From an uncultured Candidatus Saccharibacteria bacterium (GTDB lineage: Bacteria; Patescibacteriota; Minisyncoccia; Phycocordibacterales; SBAW01): a stretch of 64,000 bases of DNA. The position numbers and the translations under genes were made by a program. The notes beneath the pieces are model-generated. The model had not been told where the DNA came from. It saw only the letters and a list, made by a program, of their open reading frames with translations, and ran no database searches. The DNA lies in NCBI GenBank assembly GCA_964355655.1, contig CAYHDT010000002.1, positions 15,598 through 79,597 of the forward strand, written 5' to 3'. Positions 37,695 to 46,732 of this stretch are shown piece after piece. Within the stretch, counting starts at the first letter, position 1. Each line of letters opens with the position of its first letter.

Positions 37695-38987
37695 ATGCGC
37701 GACATCCGGAATGCCAACGAAGAGAGCGGCGAGCGGTCTATCCGGAATATTCCTTTGCATAAGCGCGCCCGGAACTCGGCCTCTGCCGACCGTAAAGAAC
37801 TTTCCTCCGACGGCCCCGCCGAACTGCCTCACCGCCATAAGCGCCGCAGGCCAAGGCGGTTTTGGTTTGTCGCGGCCGGCGTAGTGGCGGTTTGCGCCAT
37901 ATTCGGCCTTTTGCTTTCGACTGTATTTGCGGGGGCAACCGTGACAATCTATCCGCGCACTGAAACAGTAGGACTCCCCGCGACTCTTCAGGCCCGGCCA
38001 AATGCGCCGGCAGGCACCTTGTCCTATAAAATAATAACCGTCACCCGTTCCGCAAACCTTTCGGTGCCGGCGCAGGGAACAACCCGCGTTTCGCGCCCCG
38101 CAACAGGAGTCATTACGATAACCAACACCTACAATTCTTCGAGCCAGCGGCTTATCGCCAACACCCGATTTGAAGCTCCGGACGGCAAAATTTACAGGAT
38201 ACACGATTCGATAACCGTACCGGGAACGACCGGCACAGGGTCATCACTTAAACCGGGTACGGCCATTGTCACCATTTACGCCGACTCTCCCGGCCCCGAA
38301 TACAACAAGCCGGCGGGGACAACCTTTACTATTCCTGGCTTTAAGGGCGATCCGCGATATGCAAAATTTTCCGCCAAGGCCGGGGGAGCGCTTACCAACG
38401 GTTTTATAGGCGACGAACCTGCTGTAGCGGCGGCGGACCTTTCCACAGCTAAACTTTCTTTGCAAAAGAAACTCGATACCGATGTCAGGTCCGCCGCCAC
38501 GGCAGAAATACCAGCAGGCCACGCCGCAGTCCCCGGCACGCTTGAAGTGACGTTTGCCGATTTGGTACAAACACCTGGCGCAGACAAGACCGCGACTATC
38601 AGCCAGAGCGCCATGGCAAGCTGGGCTATTATCCGGCAAAGCGACTTAGCAAACGCTATTGCGCAGACAGAAGTAGACCGGTACCAAGGCGAAGCGCTAA
38701 ACTTCGGCGATGTATCTGAAATGGAAGTGACTCTCGCGTCTACCAGCAAGCGCAGCGATGGCATATTGACGCTTAACCTAAAAGGCAAGACGACACTGGT
38801 CTGGCAGTTTGACAAAGAAGCATTCCTTGCCGCTTTGGTGGGGAAGGGCAAAGTTGAACTGCAGGCGACTATACAGGCTTTCCAGCCCGCGATAGCCAAA
38901 GCCGACGCGACCATCCGGCCGTTCTGGAGAGGAGCGTTTCCATCCGACGCCGCCAAAATAAAAATAAAAATAGCAGGCGAGAAATAA
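37695..38987 (+). CDS. Membrane-anchored protein with a basic N-terminus, a single TM helix and a large extracytoplasmic Thr/Ala-rich domain
   Basis: RRRPRRFWFVAAGVVAVCAIFGLL TM anchor. No domain call. Confidence 0.5.
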   Translation: MRDIRNANEESGERSIRNIPLHKRARNSASADRKELSSDGPAELPHRHKRRRPRRFWFVAAGVVAVCAIFGLLLSTVFAGATVTIYPRTETVGLPATLQARPNAPAGTLSYKIITVTRSANLSVPAQGTTRVSRPATGVITITNTYNSSSQRLIANTRFEAPDGKIYRIHDSITVPGTTGTGSSLKPGTAIVTIYADSPGPEYNKPAGTTFTIPGFKGDPRYAKFSAKAGGALTNGFIGDEPAVAAADLSTAKLSLQKKLDTDVRSAATAEIPAGHAAVPGTLEVTFADLVQTPGADKTATISQSAMASWAIIRQSDLANAIAQTEVDRYQGEALNFGDVSEMEVTLASTSKRSDGILTLNLKGKTTLVWQFDKEAFLAALVGKGKVELQATIQAFQPAIAKADATIRPFWRGAFPSDAAKIKIKIAGEK

Positions 38988-38989
38988 TA

Positions 38990-39028
38990 TAAAAAAGAAA
39001 AGCACCCTCGTAGGGTGCTTTATTAGTT
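38990..39028. terminator. Hairpin terminator
   Basis: AGCACCCTcgtaGGGTGCT flanked by A and T runs. Confidence 0.55.
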
Positions 39029-39083
39029 GGGGGAGTATCCTGCCCCTGCTTTTGCACTTAAACAAATATATGAGTTGTTGGCA

Positions 39084-39128
39084 TGAAAAACGAAAGGGCG
39101 GACAGGTCAGTCCGACCTTCCGCCCCTT
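39084..39128 (-). terminator. Intrinsic terminator after the 39142-39681(-) gene
   Basis: Minus strand: AAGGGGCGGAA-loop-TCCGCCCTTTCGTTTTT. Confidence 0.5.
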
Positions 39129-39141
39129 ATAATATTCAGAC

Positions 39142-39681
39142 TCAGACGTTGATCAAGTCGGGCCGCCTTGTTTCTTCGGAGCCAAATTTAACCTCCACCG
39201 TCTTTCCGTGTGTGTGACCGCGGCCGATGACCCAATTTTCGGCGCTCGCATCACTGAGCCATCGGGCCGAATCGTGGGTCCAGATGACTGGCGTGACTGA
39301 GCCATGGTAGTAGTCAAAGCGAGCGATGTACTTCTTGTAGTCGCGGCCTTTTCTCCAGCCATCGCCGATGAAAATCTCGGGAATGGAAGTAGACTGTCCG
39401 ATGTTGCTCACCCGCCATACGTTGTCGGTGCCTCTGCGCACCGCCAGATTAAGCACTCCGACTTTGATCTGGGTGATTTCTCCGTCCGATTTGCGGACGA
39501 GGTAGACAGCGTCGAAGTTTTCGAGCACCTTTTCGTCATTGCTGTAGGAATAGATCGAAAAGGAAGTATGCTTCGGAAATACTTGGCACCCAGTGATAAC
39601 CTCAAGGGCCAACTCCACCGCGCGCAAGGCCGTATGGACTGCGGCGTATGTATCAATCTGCTTCTTCGTTTTGCCGAACAT
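39142..39681 (-). CDS. Hypothetical protein (about 179 aa)
   Basis: Start chosen at MFGKTKKQ. Followed by its own terminator. Confidence 0.45.
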   Translation of the reverse strand: MFGKTKKQIDTYAAVHTALRAVELALEVITGCQVFPKHTSFSIYSYSNDEKVLENFDAVYLVRKSDGEITQIKVGVLNLAVRRGTDNVWRVSNIGQSTSIPEIFIGDGWRKGRDYKKYIARFDYYHGSVTPVIWTHDSARWLSDASAENWVIGRGHTHGKTVEVKFGSEETRRPDLINV

Positions 39682-39818
39682 GATTGTATCCCTTCTCAAA
39701 GGACTGCATCTCGGACTCATTCCGAGCGCACCGCTTTTGCGGTACTCAATATGGTATCATATAAGTAAATGAAAGTCAAGTGGTCGAAAATACCCTTATT
39801 TTTGGGCTCCCGGGGGGT

Positions 39819-39847
39819 TTGACACTTATTACGGGGTAGGTTAGGAT
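39819..39847 (+). promoter_or_regulatory. Candidate promoter TTGACA-N17-TAGGAT for the infA/ribosomal operon
   Basis: Perfect -35, acceptable -10, located 15 nt upstream of the infA ATG. Confidence 0.35.
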
Positions 39848-39861
39848 AGGGAACGTCGTTA

Positions 39862-40071
39862 ATGGATAGCCAAGCACCAGAAACTCAAGGCGTCGTTGAA
39901 GAAGCCTTGCCTAATACGTTGTTCAAAGTCTCTTTGGAGAACGGTGAGGTGGTGTTGTGTTATCTCGCGGGCAAAATGCGGCTTCACCGGATTAAAGTGC
40001 TTGTGGGAGACAAGGTCCTGATGAAGCTCGACCCCTATGGGGGGAAGGCCCGCATCACGCGGCGATTGTAG
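39862..40071 (+). CDS. infA: Translation initiation factor IF-1
   Basis: TLPNTLFKVSLENGEVVLCYLAGKMRLHRIKVLVGDKVLMKLDPYGGKARITRR is an S1-like IF-1 sequence. Confidence 0.9.
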   Translation: MDSQAPETQGVVEEALPNTLFKVSLENGEVVLCYLAGKMRLHRIKVLVGDKVLMKLDPYGGKARITRRL

Positions 40072-40074
40072 TAA

Positions 40075-40165
40075 ATGAATCCCGTTAGAGATGACGACGT
40101 TAAAAATATGACCATTAGCAAAATAACTACGGAAATGCTTTGCATTTCCTATCTCTAACGGGATG
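40075..40165 (+). repeat. Palindromic element copy 3 (ATG-aa-TCCCGTTAGAGAT ... ATCTCTAACGGGA-TG) between infA and rpmJ, ending at the rpmJ start codon
   Basis: Arms at 40080-40092 and 40151-40163, with a 58 nt AT-rich loop. Confidence 0.7.
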
Positions 40166-40276
40166 AAAGTAAAAGCTTCGATAAAACCCCGGTGCGCTAA
40201 CTGCAAAATGGTCCGCCGCAAGGGGCGGATTTATGTAGTGTGCATCAACCCGCGCCATAAGCAGCGTCAAGGATAA
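40163..40276 (+). CDS. rpmJ: 50S ribosomal protein L36
   Basis: [37 protein letters not shown] (37 aa, zinc-ribbon Cys/His). Too short for the ORF track. Confidence 0.85.
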   Translation: MKVKASIKPRCANCKMVRRKGRIYVVCINPRHKQRQG

Positions 40277-40285
40277 TTTTAATTC

Positions 40286-40663
40286 ATGCGTATTTCAGGT
40301 ATAACAATTCCTAATAAACGAGTCGTCTTTGCTTTGACGGCCCTTTATGGTGTCGGACCTTCACGCTCCGCGGCGATATTAAAAAAAGCGAAGATTGATT
40401 TGCAAAAGAAAGCGGACGATTTGACCGCCGAGGAAGAGAACGCCATCCGCCGCGAGCTGGAGGTTATCAAGCTCGAGGGAGACCTCAAGCGCGAGGTTTC
40501 AGGCAATATCAAGCGGCTCAAAGACATCGGCGCGTACCGCGGGCTGCGCCACACCAAGAGGCTTCCGGTCCGCGGTCAGCGCACTAAAACTAACTCGCGC
40601 ACCGTGCGCGGCAATGTGCGCAAAACGATGGGCTCCGGCCGCCGCAAGGAGAGCAAGACATAA
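40286..40663 (+). CDS. rpsM: 30S ribosomal protein S13
   Basis: MRISGITIPNKRVVFALTALYGVGPSRS and GLRHTKRLPVRGQRTKTNSRT. Confidence 0.95.
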   Translation: MRISGITIPNKRVVFALTALYGVGPSRSAAILKKAKIDLQKKADDLTAEEENAIRRELEVIKLEGDLKREVSGNIKRLKDIGAYRGLRHTKRLPVRGQRTKTNSRTVRGNVRKTMGSGRRKESKT

Positions 40664-40671
40664 TATTTTAT

Positions 40672-41097
40672 ATGGGAAAGAAACGCATAGTTAAAAAAGG
40701 CGGAGATTCGAGCGGCGCAAGCGCTGCTTCTTCCGCGCGCTCCCGCCGCAAGCTCGCCGACGGCATCCTTTTTGTCGAGGCGACCTACAACAACACCAAG
40801 GTCTGCCTGGGTGATAAGTCCGGCAACATCGTCACATGGTCGTCTTCCGGCTCCCTGGGATTCTCCGGAGCCAAAAAAGGCACGCCGTTTGCGGCCGCTA
40901 AGGTGGGCGAGGTTATCGGCGAACGCGCCACTGCCATGGGAGTAAAAGAAGTTTCGGTAGTCGTCTCAGGAGTAGGAGCGGGCAGAGAGTCCAGCATCCG
41001 CGCTTTTTCATCCAAAGGCATCCAAATTACCGCCATCAAAGACATGACCCCGGTGCCGCACAACGGCCCCCGTCCGCCTAAAGCGCGCCGAATTTAA
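40672..41097 (+). CDS. rpsK: 30S ribosomal protein S11
   Basis: ATYNNTKVCLGDKSGNIVTWSSSGSLGFSGAKKGTPFAA and TPVPHNGPRPPKARR. Confidence 0.95.
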   Translation: MGKKRIVKKGGDSSGASAASSARSRRKLADGILFVEATYNNTKVCLGDKSGNIVTWSSSGSLGFSGAKKGTPFAAAKVGEVIGERATAMGVKEVSVVVSGVGAGRESSIRAFSSKGIQITAIKDMTPVPHNGPRPPKARRI

Positions 41098-41126
41098 TAT
41101 GCACTACTTTAATTTGTCGCATTAAT

Positions 41127-41735
41127 ATGCTCCTGGGACCTAAATATAAAATCTGCAAACGCCTCGGCGCCTCTGTGTTTGAAAAGTGCCAGACGCAAAA
41201 GTTCCAGCTGGCGGAGGCTCGCGCCCCGCGGAAGGTCGCGCGGCGCCGCGGCGGCAGCGACTTCGGCGTGCAGCTGCTCGAAAAGCAGAAAGCCCGCTTT
41301 ACGTACGGCCTCTCCGAAAGCCAGTTTTCCCGCTATGTACACGAAGCGATGGAGAAAAAAGGTAAGGATTCTATTACGGGTCTTCTCACCCGTTTGGAGT
41401 CGCGCCTCGACAATGTCATTTACCGCGCCGGTTTTGTGAAGACTCGCCGCGCTGCGCGCCAAATGGTCTCTCACGGCCATGTATTGGTTAATGGCCAGCG
41501 CCTCAATATCCCGTCTTTTAAAGTAGAAAAAGGCATGGTTGTCTCTATCCGTCCCGAAAGCCGCGGCAGCGCGCTCTATACCAACCGCACTGAAGCTGTC
41601 GCCGAAACAAAGGCGCCTGCGTGGATGACTTTCGAAGACCAAGGTTTTGCTATCAAAGTGATAGCCGATCCGTCGGTCACAGAAGGGGAGGCGCCGTTTA
41701 GCGCCCCGGTTATCATACAGTTCTACAGCCGCTAA
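41127..41735 (+). CDS. rpsD: 30S ribosomal protein S4
   Basis: KYKICKRLGASVFEKCQ N-terminus and an S4 RNA-binding domain (RLDNVIYRAGFVKTRRAARQMVSHGHVLVNGQR). Confidence 0.95.
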   Translation: MLLGPKYKICKRLGASVFEKCQTQKFQLAEARAPRKVARRRGGSDFGVQLLEKQKARFTYGLSESQFSRYVHEAMEKKGKDSITGLLTRLESRLDNVIYRAGFVKTRRAARQMVSHGHVLVNGQRLNIPSFKVEKGMVVSIRPESRGSALYTNRTEAVAETKAPAWMTFEDQGFAIKVIADPSVTEGEAPFSAPVIIQFYSR

Positions 41736-41798
41736 CTGTCGCATAGTTAGCAAATAAAAGAGTTAATTATTAAGTTTTTAAGAATAAAAGATTGAGTT

Positions 41799-42749
41799 AT
41801 GATGGAATATTCTATAGCACTGCCCTCTAAACCGCGCGTGGTTTCTGAGGCCGAGTTTGAGGGCGTTTACGAGATAGACGGACTGTACCCGGGCTACGGG
41901 CACACGCTGGGCAACTCGCTGCGCCGGATTATCCTTTCCTCCCTCCCCGGAGCCGCCGTTACAAGCGTAAAAATCGAAGGCGTCGAGCATGAGTTTTCGA
42001 CCATTCCCGGCATCCGCGAAGACGTGGTTACTATCCTGCTTAACCTCAAAAAGCTCCGCTTTGAGATACTGACGAGCGAGGCGCAGACTATATCGCTGTC
42101 TATCAAAGGCCCTAAAAAAGTTTCCGGAGCGGACCTTACGGTGCCGGGACAGGTGCGCCTGCTCAATCCGAACTCCTATATTTGCGAGATAACCGACAAA
42201 ACAGAGCTTAATGCGGAGTTCCACATCGAGCGAGGCTTAGGCTATGTGTCGCGCGAAGCGCACAAGAAAGACCGTGTCGAGATAGGCGAGATAGCGGTAG
42301 ACGCGATATTTTCTCCGATACGCCGCGTTAATTACGAAGTAGAAAATATGCGCGTCGGCGACCGCACCGATTTTAACCGCTTGCGTATTTCTATCGAGAC
42401 CGACGGCACGCTTACCCCAAAAGCGGCGCTCGAACACGCTATCGAGATTATGATTACCCAGCTTAAGGCAGTGGTAGGCTTCCGCGAAGATGAAATAGCC
42501 TCCTCCGCCGCGGAAACAGCTTCAGCCCCGGTCTTGGCTGTAGACTCCACTGAAGCGATGAAGACCCGCGTCGAGGACCTCGAGCTCTCTTCGCGCACTA
42601 TCTCCTCCTTGGAGAAAGCAAACATCCGCACCGTCGGCGGACTTGCCCGAAAGAAAGAGGCTGACCTCGTCGACATTGAAGGCCTGGGCCCGAAAGCGAT
42701 ACAAGAAATCAAACGTGCTTTGGCGAACTTCGGAATTGTATTAAAATGA
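41799..42749 (+). CDS. rpoA: DNA-directed RNA polymerase subunit alpha
   Basis: GHTLGNSLRRIILSS and NTD/CTD layout. C-terminal HhH region LELSSRTISSLEKANIRTVGGL. Confidence 0.95.
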   Translation: MMEYSIALPSKPRVVSEAEFEGVYEIDGLYPGYGHTLGNSLRRIILSSLPGAAVTSVKIEGVEHEFSTIPGIREDVVTILLNLKKLRFEILTSEAQTISLSIKGPKKVSGADLTVPGQVRLLNPNSYICEITDKTELNAEFHIERGLGYVSREAHKKDRVEIGEIAVDAIFSPIRRVNYEVENMRVGDRTDFNRLRISIETDGTLTPKAALEHAIEIMITQLKAVVGFREDEIASSAAETASAPVLAVDSTEAMKTRVEDLELSSRTISSLEKANIRTVGGLARKKEADLVDIEGLGPKAIQEIKRALANFGIVLK

Positions 42750-42795
42750 TAACAAGGCGAAACCTTGTAATACAAGGTTTCACCTTGTAAACACT

Positions 42796-43143
42796 ATGAG
42801 ACACGGAAATGTAAACAGAAAATTCGGCAGAGAGAAGGGCCAGCGTGCGGCTTTGCTCAAGTCGCTTGCCCGCTCGCTCCTGCTCCGCGGCAAAATGACC
42901 ACCTCTTTGGCTAAGGCTAAAGAAATCCGCCCGATGGTGGAAAAAATGGTTACCAAGGGCAAAAGTGCTACGCTTGCCAACCGCCGCCTCCTTATCTCGC
43001 AGCTTGGTGATGAACGCCTGGTAACAAAACTCTTTAAGACCGCCGCGACTTACAAAGACCGTACGGGAGGCTACCTGCGCATCGTTAAGATGGGTCCGCG
43101 CAAGGGTGATGCCGCCGAGATGGCCGTAATTGAGTTCGTATAA
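42796..43143 (+). CDS. rplQ: 50S ribosomal protein L17
   Basis: MRHGNVNRKFGREKGQRAALLKSLARSLL. Confidence 0.95.
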   Translation: MRHGNVNRKFGREKGQRAALLKSLARSLLLRGKMTTSLAKAKEIRPMVEKMVTKGKSATLANRRLLISQLGDERLVTKLFKTAATYKDRTGGYLRIVKMGPRKGDAAEMAVIEFV

Positions 43144-43171
43144 TGTGTAACCCGTCTTCTAATAAAAAAGT

Positions 43172-43534
43172 ATGATTACTATCGACGCACAAGACAAAAC
43201 GCTAGGACGAGTGGCATCGGCCGCGGCTAAGGCGCTTATGGGCAAGCACAAAGTCGGCTTCGTCAAAAACCAGATAATGGGGGAGGAAGTGACTATCCTC
43301 AATGCCACCAAAATCAAGGTCACGGGCGCCAAGGAGCGCGACAAAGTGTACCTGCGCTACTCGGGCTACCCGGGCGGGCAAAAAAAAGAGACCTATGCTA
43401 TGTTGACAGCTCCGACCGAGACCACAAAAGCCCGTCGGGGACACAAAGAGGCAATCCGGCGCGCAATTATGGGCATGCTTCCGAAAAATCGCCTGCAGGA
43501 TCGCCGTATCAAGCTTTTGACGATACAAAATTAA
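43172..43534 (+). CDS. rplM: 50S ribosomal protein L13
   Basis: IDAQDKTLGRVASAAAKALMGKHK and YLRYSGYPGG. Confidence 0.95.
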   Translation: MITIDAQDKTLGRVASAAAKALMGKHKVGFVKNQIMGEEVTILNATKIKVTGAKERDKVYLRYSGYPGGQKKETYAMLTAPTETTKARRGHKEAIRRAIMGMLPKNRLQDRRIKLLTIQN

Positions 43535-43536
43535 TT

Positions 43537-43953
43537 ATGGCTGCCACTACTACAAAAAAAGATGAGCGCTACATCGAGGCTGTCGGCCGCCGCAAGACGG
43601 CTATTGCCCGCGCGCGCCTAACGCCGGCTTCTAAGATGTCCGTGATTATTAACGGCAAGGATATCAACGAGTACTTTAAGACAGCCGCTCTGCAGACAAT
43701 AGCACTCGAAGCTTTTCTTAAAGTCGGGCTTACGACCCAGTTTGCGGTTACCGTGGTGGTCAAGGGCGGCGGTATCGCCGGACAGGCTGTCGCGGTGCGC
43801 CACGCCATCTCCAGAGCCCTTATCGACTACGACATCAACCTCCGCGGAGCACTCAAGAAAGAAGGTTTCCTTAAACGTGACCCGCGCGCCAAAGAGCGCC
43901 GCAAGGCCGGCTTTGTAAAAGCCCGCAAGCGCAAGCAGTGGTCGAAACGCTAG
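43537..43953 (+). CDS. rpsI: 30S ribosomal protein S9
   Basis: AVGRRKTAIARARLTP and the C-terminal ARKRKQWSKR. Confidence 0.95.
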   Translation: MAATTTKKDERYIEAVGRRKTAIARARLTPASKMSVIINGKDINEYFKTAALQTIALEAFLKVGLTTQFAVTVVVKGGGIAGQAVAVRHAISRALIDYDINLRGALKKEGFLKRDPRAKERRKAGFVKARKRKQWSKR

Positions 43954-43963
43954 TTTGACAAAT

Positions 43964-43986
43964 TAGCCCTTCGGGGCTAGTTTTGT
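43964..43986 (+). terminator. Intrinsic terminator after rpsI
   Basis: TAGCCCttcgGGGCTA followed by GTTTTGT. Confidence 0.6.
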
Positions 43987-44221
43987 AACAGACTGTTTAG
44001 CGGCTGGTGTGGTTTTAACCTGTGAACCCCACAAACAACTAAAAGCGGGGCATTCGCCCTGCACCATCCGGCCGCTCTTTTTCTCCAATTTAGCCCAAAG
44101 CCAAAGGTGGATTCCTCAGCCCCCCAGCCCCCCACCATTGGCCTCGGCCCCTCGCGCGCACCTTGCGCGCGAGGGGAACCAATCAGCCGCTGTCTTTGAC
44201 AGCGGCGTTTTTTTGTTTACA

Positions 44222-44713
44222 ATGGTGTCTCGTATGGACTCCTCGGATGAAGAATTTGTGCCGGAAGAAGAGGCCGAAACCGGCCCCGCGGCGCTCAAAT
44301 CGATTCGCGAGAAGCTTAAGATAGCAATTGCTGAAAAGCAGGAGTATCTTGAAGGCTGGCAACGGGCGCGGGCCGACCTGATCAACTACAAAAAAGAGAC
44401 TGCAGCAGGACACGGAGAGTCGCGAGGGCGCATTAAAGCGGAGTTTATCGAGGAGCTGCTCCCGGCGCTGGACGTTCTTGAGCTTTCGGTCAAGCACGAC
44501 AAAAATCCGACGCTTACAATGCTCGAAAAGCAGTTTCTGGATTCATTAAAAAAATTAGATATAGAGCGGTTCGGTTCGGTAGGGGACGACTTTGACCCGC
44601 ACAAGCACGAAGCGCTCGCCGAGCGGGGAAAGAAGCACAAAGTTGAATCAGTGGAACGCAGCGGATACCGCGCAGGCGGCAAAATTATAAGACCGGCACA
44701 AGTAATTATATAA
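44222..44713 (+). CDS. grpE: Nucleotide exchange factor GrpE
   Basis: Coiled-coil N-terminus and the GrpE C-terminal beta domain (GDDFDPHKHEALAERGKKHKVESVERSGYRAGGKIIRPAQV). The tracked ORF start at 44009 is a 5' extension through structured noncoding sequence; ATG 44222 is used. Confidence 0.85.
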   Translation: MVSRMDSSDEEFVPEEEAETGPAALKSIREKLKIAIAEKQEYLEGWQRARADLINYKKETAAGHGESRGRIKAEFIEELLPALDVLELSVKHDKNPTLTMLEKQFLDSLKKLDIERFGSVGDDFDPHKHEALAERGKKHKVESVERSGYRAGGKIIRPAQVII

Positions 44714-44745
44714 AATAATCGAGGACCGTCCTTGATTTAAAATAG
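44711..44745 (+). repeat. Palindrome-containing repeat upstream of dnaK (AAATAATCGAGGACCGTCCTTGATT)
   Basis: 17 bp near-perfect palindrome TCGAGGACCGTCCTTGA at 44719-44735. An almost identical copy lies downstream of dnaK. Confidence 0.6.
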
Positions 44746-44751
44746 AAAAGT

Positions 44752-46659
44752 ATGGGAAAAATTCTTGGAATCGATTTAGGCACCACTAACTCCGCCGCGG
44801 CGATAGTACAGGGCGGAGAGCCTAGAGTGCTCGAAAACGCGGAAGGTGCGCGCACCACTCCGTCGGTTGTCGCTACCTCTAAAACCGGCGAGCGTCTGGT
44901 CGGCCTTATTGCGCGCCGCCAAGCGGTCACCAATCCTAAAAACACGGTCTACCAAATTAAGCGCTTTATCGGCCATAGCTTCGACGAAGCAAATGTACAA
45001 AAAGACAAGGCTGTTGTTCCTTTTGAGATGCGCAAATCCGCAAACGGCGGCATCGAGGTCAAAATGGGCGACCTGCCTGCCGGCGGGCAGGGGCATTGGG
45101 TGCGCCCCGAGGAAGTCTCAGCCATGATTTTAGGCAAATTGAAGGCGGATGCTGAAAAGCGCCTGGGCGAGCCGATAACTGAAGCGGTCATAACCGTACC
45201 GGCGTATTTTAACGATGCTCAGCGCGCCGCCACGCGCGACGCGGGCAAGATTGCCGGGCTCGAGGTTAAACGCATCATTAACGAGCCTACCGCCGCGGCG
45301 CTTGCCTATGGCTTTGATAAAAAGAAGGACGAAAAAGTAGTTGTCTTCGACTTTGGAGGAGGTACCTTCGACGTGTCGGTGCTGGAAGTGAGTGCTGATG
45401 TTATCGAGGTCCGCTCCACCGACGGCGACGCGCATCTTGGCGGCAAGGACATCGACCAAAAAATAATAGACTGGCTGGCGGTCGAATTCCAGAAAGAGTC
45501 CGGTATCGACGTGCGCAACGACGCGCTGGCCCGCCAGCGCCTCGACGAGGCGGCGGAAAAGGCAAAAATAGAGCTTTCTACCTCCATGGAAACCGAGGTA
45601 AATATTCCGTTTATTACCTCGGACGCCTCCGGTCCGCGCCATTTGCTCGTAAAGATGAGTCGCTCGAAGCTCGAAGAGCTGACGGCGGAATACATTGACC
45701 GCGCGCTCGCCATTACCAAGCGCGCCATGGAGGCCTCGCCGTTTAAAATAGGCGACATCAACGAAGTCATACTTGTCGGCGGCCAAACCCGCATGCCGGC
45801 TCTGCAGGCAGCGGTTGAAAAATATTTCGGCAAAAAACCGAACATGTCGGTAAATCCCGACGAGGTAGTGGCTATCGGCGCCGCTATCCAGGGCGGTATA
45901 CTCGGCGGCGAGGTGCGCGATGTGCTTTTGCTCGACGTCATTCCGCTTTCTTTAGGCATCGAGACTATGGGCGGCGTGGCAACCAAATTGATAGACCGCA
46001 ACACAACTATCCCCACCGCAAAATCGCAGACATTCTCTACCGCGGCCGACAACCAAACAAGCGTGGAGATACACATAACACAGGGCGAGCGCGCCATGGC
46101 CAGCGACAACAAAAGTCTTGGCAAGTTTGTACTCGACGGCATTCCCCCCGCGCCCCGCGGACTCCCACAGGTTGAGGTAACCTTTGATGTCGACGCCAAC
46201 GGCATACTCAGCGTCAAGGCAAAAGACAAAGCCACCGGCAAAGAGCAGGCTATCCGTATCGAGGCAAGCTCAGGGCTAGCCGACGCCGACATTGAGCGCA
46301 TGCGCAAAGAGGCCGAGGCAAACGCCGAAACCGACAAGCAGAAAGTTGAGCTGGTAGAAGCGCGCAACATGGCCGACCAAGCGGTGTACGGCGCGCGTAA
46401 AGCTCTTGGCGACAACAAAGATAAAATCCCCATGGAGCTCGCGACCGCAATCAACGAAAAAGTTTCCGCCCTAGAATCCATTAAGGGGGGAGATGACTTT
46501 GTAAAAATAAAATCCGCAACCGAAGAACTGTCGAAAGAATTGTCCAAAGTCTACGAAGCGGTGCAAAAAGCCGGAGGTACTCCTCCGCCTCCGCCGGCCA
46601 GCGGAGAAACCCCTCCGGGCACTCAACAAGCGCCAACCGATACTCCGGAGCAGAAATAA
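44752..46659 (+). CDS. dnaK: Chaperone DnaK (Hsp70)
   Basis: [17 protein letters not shown] and [11 protein letters not shown] signatures, with a full-length SBD. Confidence 0.97.
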   Translation: MGKILGIDLGTTNSAAAIVQGGEPRVLENAEGARTTPSVVATSKTGERLVGLIARRQAVTNPKNTVYQIKRFIGHSFDEANVQKDKAVVPFEMRKSANGGIEVKMGDLPAGGQGHWVRPEEVSAMILGKLKADAEKRLGEPITEAVITVPAYFNDAQRAATRDAGKIAGLEVKRIINEPTAAALAYGFDKKKDEKVVVFDFGGGTFDVSVLEVSADVIEVRSTDGDAHLGGKDIDQKIIDWLAVEFQKESGIDVRNDALARQRLDEAAEKAKIELSTSMETEVNIPFITSDASGPRHLLVKMSRSKLEELTAEYIDRALAITKRAMEASPFKIGDINEVILVGGQTRMPALQAAVEKYFGKKPNMSVNPDEVVAIGAAIQGGILGGEVRDVLLLDVIPLSLGIETMGGVATKLIDRNTTIPTAKSQTFSTAADNQTSVEIHITQGERAMASDNKSLGKFVLDGIPPAPRGLPQVEVTFDVDANGILSVKAKDKATGKEQAIRIEASSGLADADIERMRKEAEANAETDKQKVELVEARNMADQAVYGARKALGDNKDKIPMELATAINEKVSALESIKGGDDFVKIKSATEELSKELSKVYEAVQKAGGTPPPPPASGETPPGTQQAPTDTPEQK

Positions 46660-46687
46660 TCAAGGACCGTCCTTGATTATTTTAGGT
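46655..46687 (+). repeat. Second copy of the palindromic repeat (AAATAATCAAGGACCGTCCTTGATTATTTT), immediately after the dnaK stop
   Basis: Perfect palindrome TCAAGGACCGTCCTTGA at 46660-46676 followed by a T-rich tract. It may also act as a terminator. Confidence 0.6.
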
Positions 46688-46732
46688 TTGTAGAAATACA
46701 AGCCTTTTCCTTTTCTGTCAAATCGTGCTATA

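Noticed and set aside
42750-42795. Tandem CAAGG-N5-CCTTG palindromes in the rpoA-rplQ spacer
   Set aside because: Short, low-complexity inverted repeats with no T-tract. Probably trivial secondary structure in an intergenic spacer; noted only.
45306-46547. 413 aa ORF antisense to dnaK
   Set aside because: dnaK is unambiguous. The antisense product is low-complexity Ser/Ala-rich.
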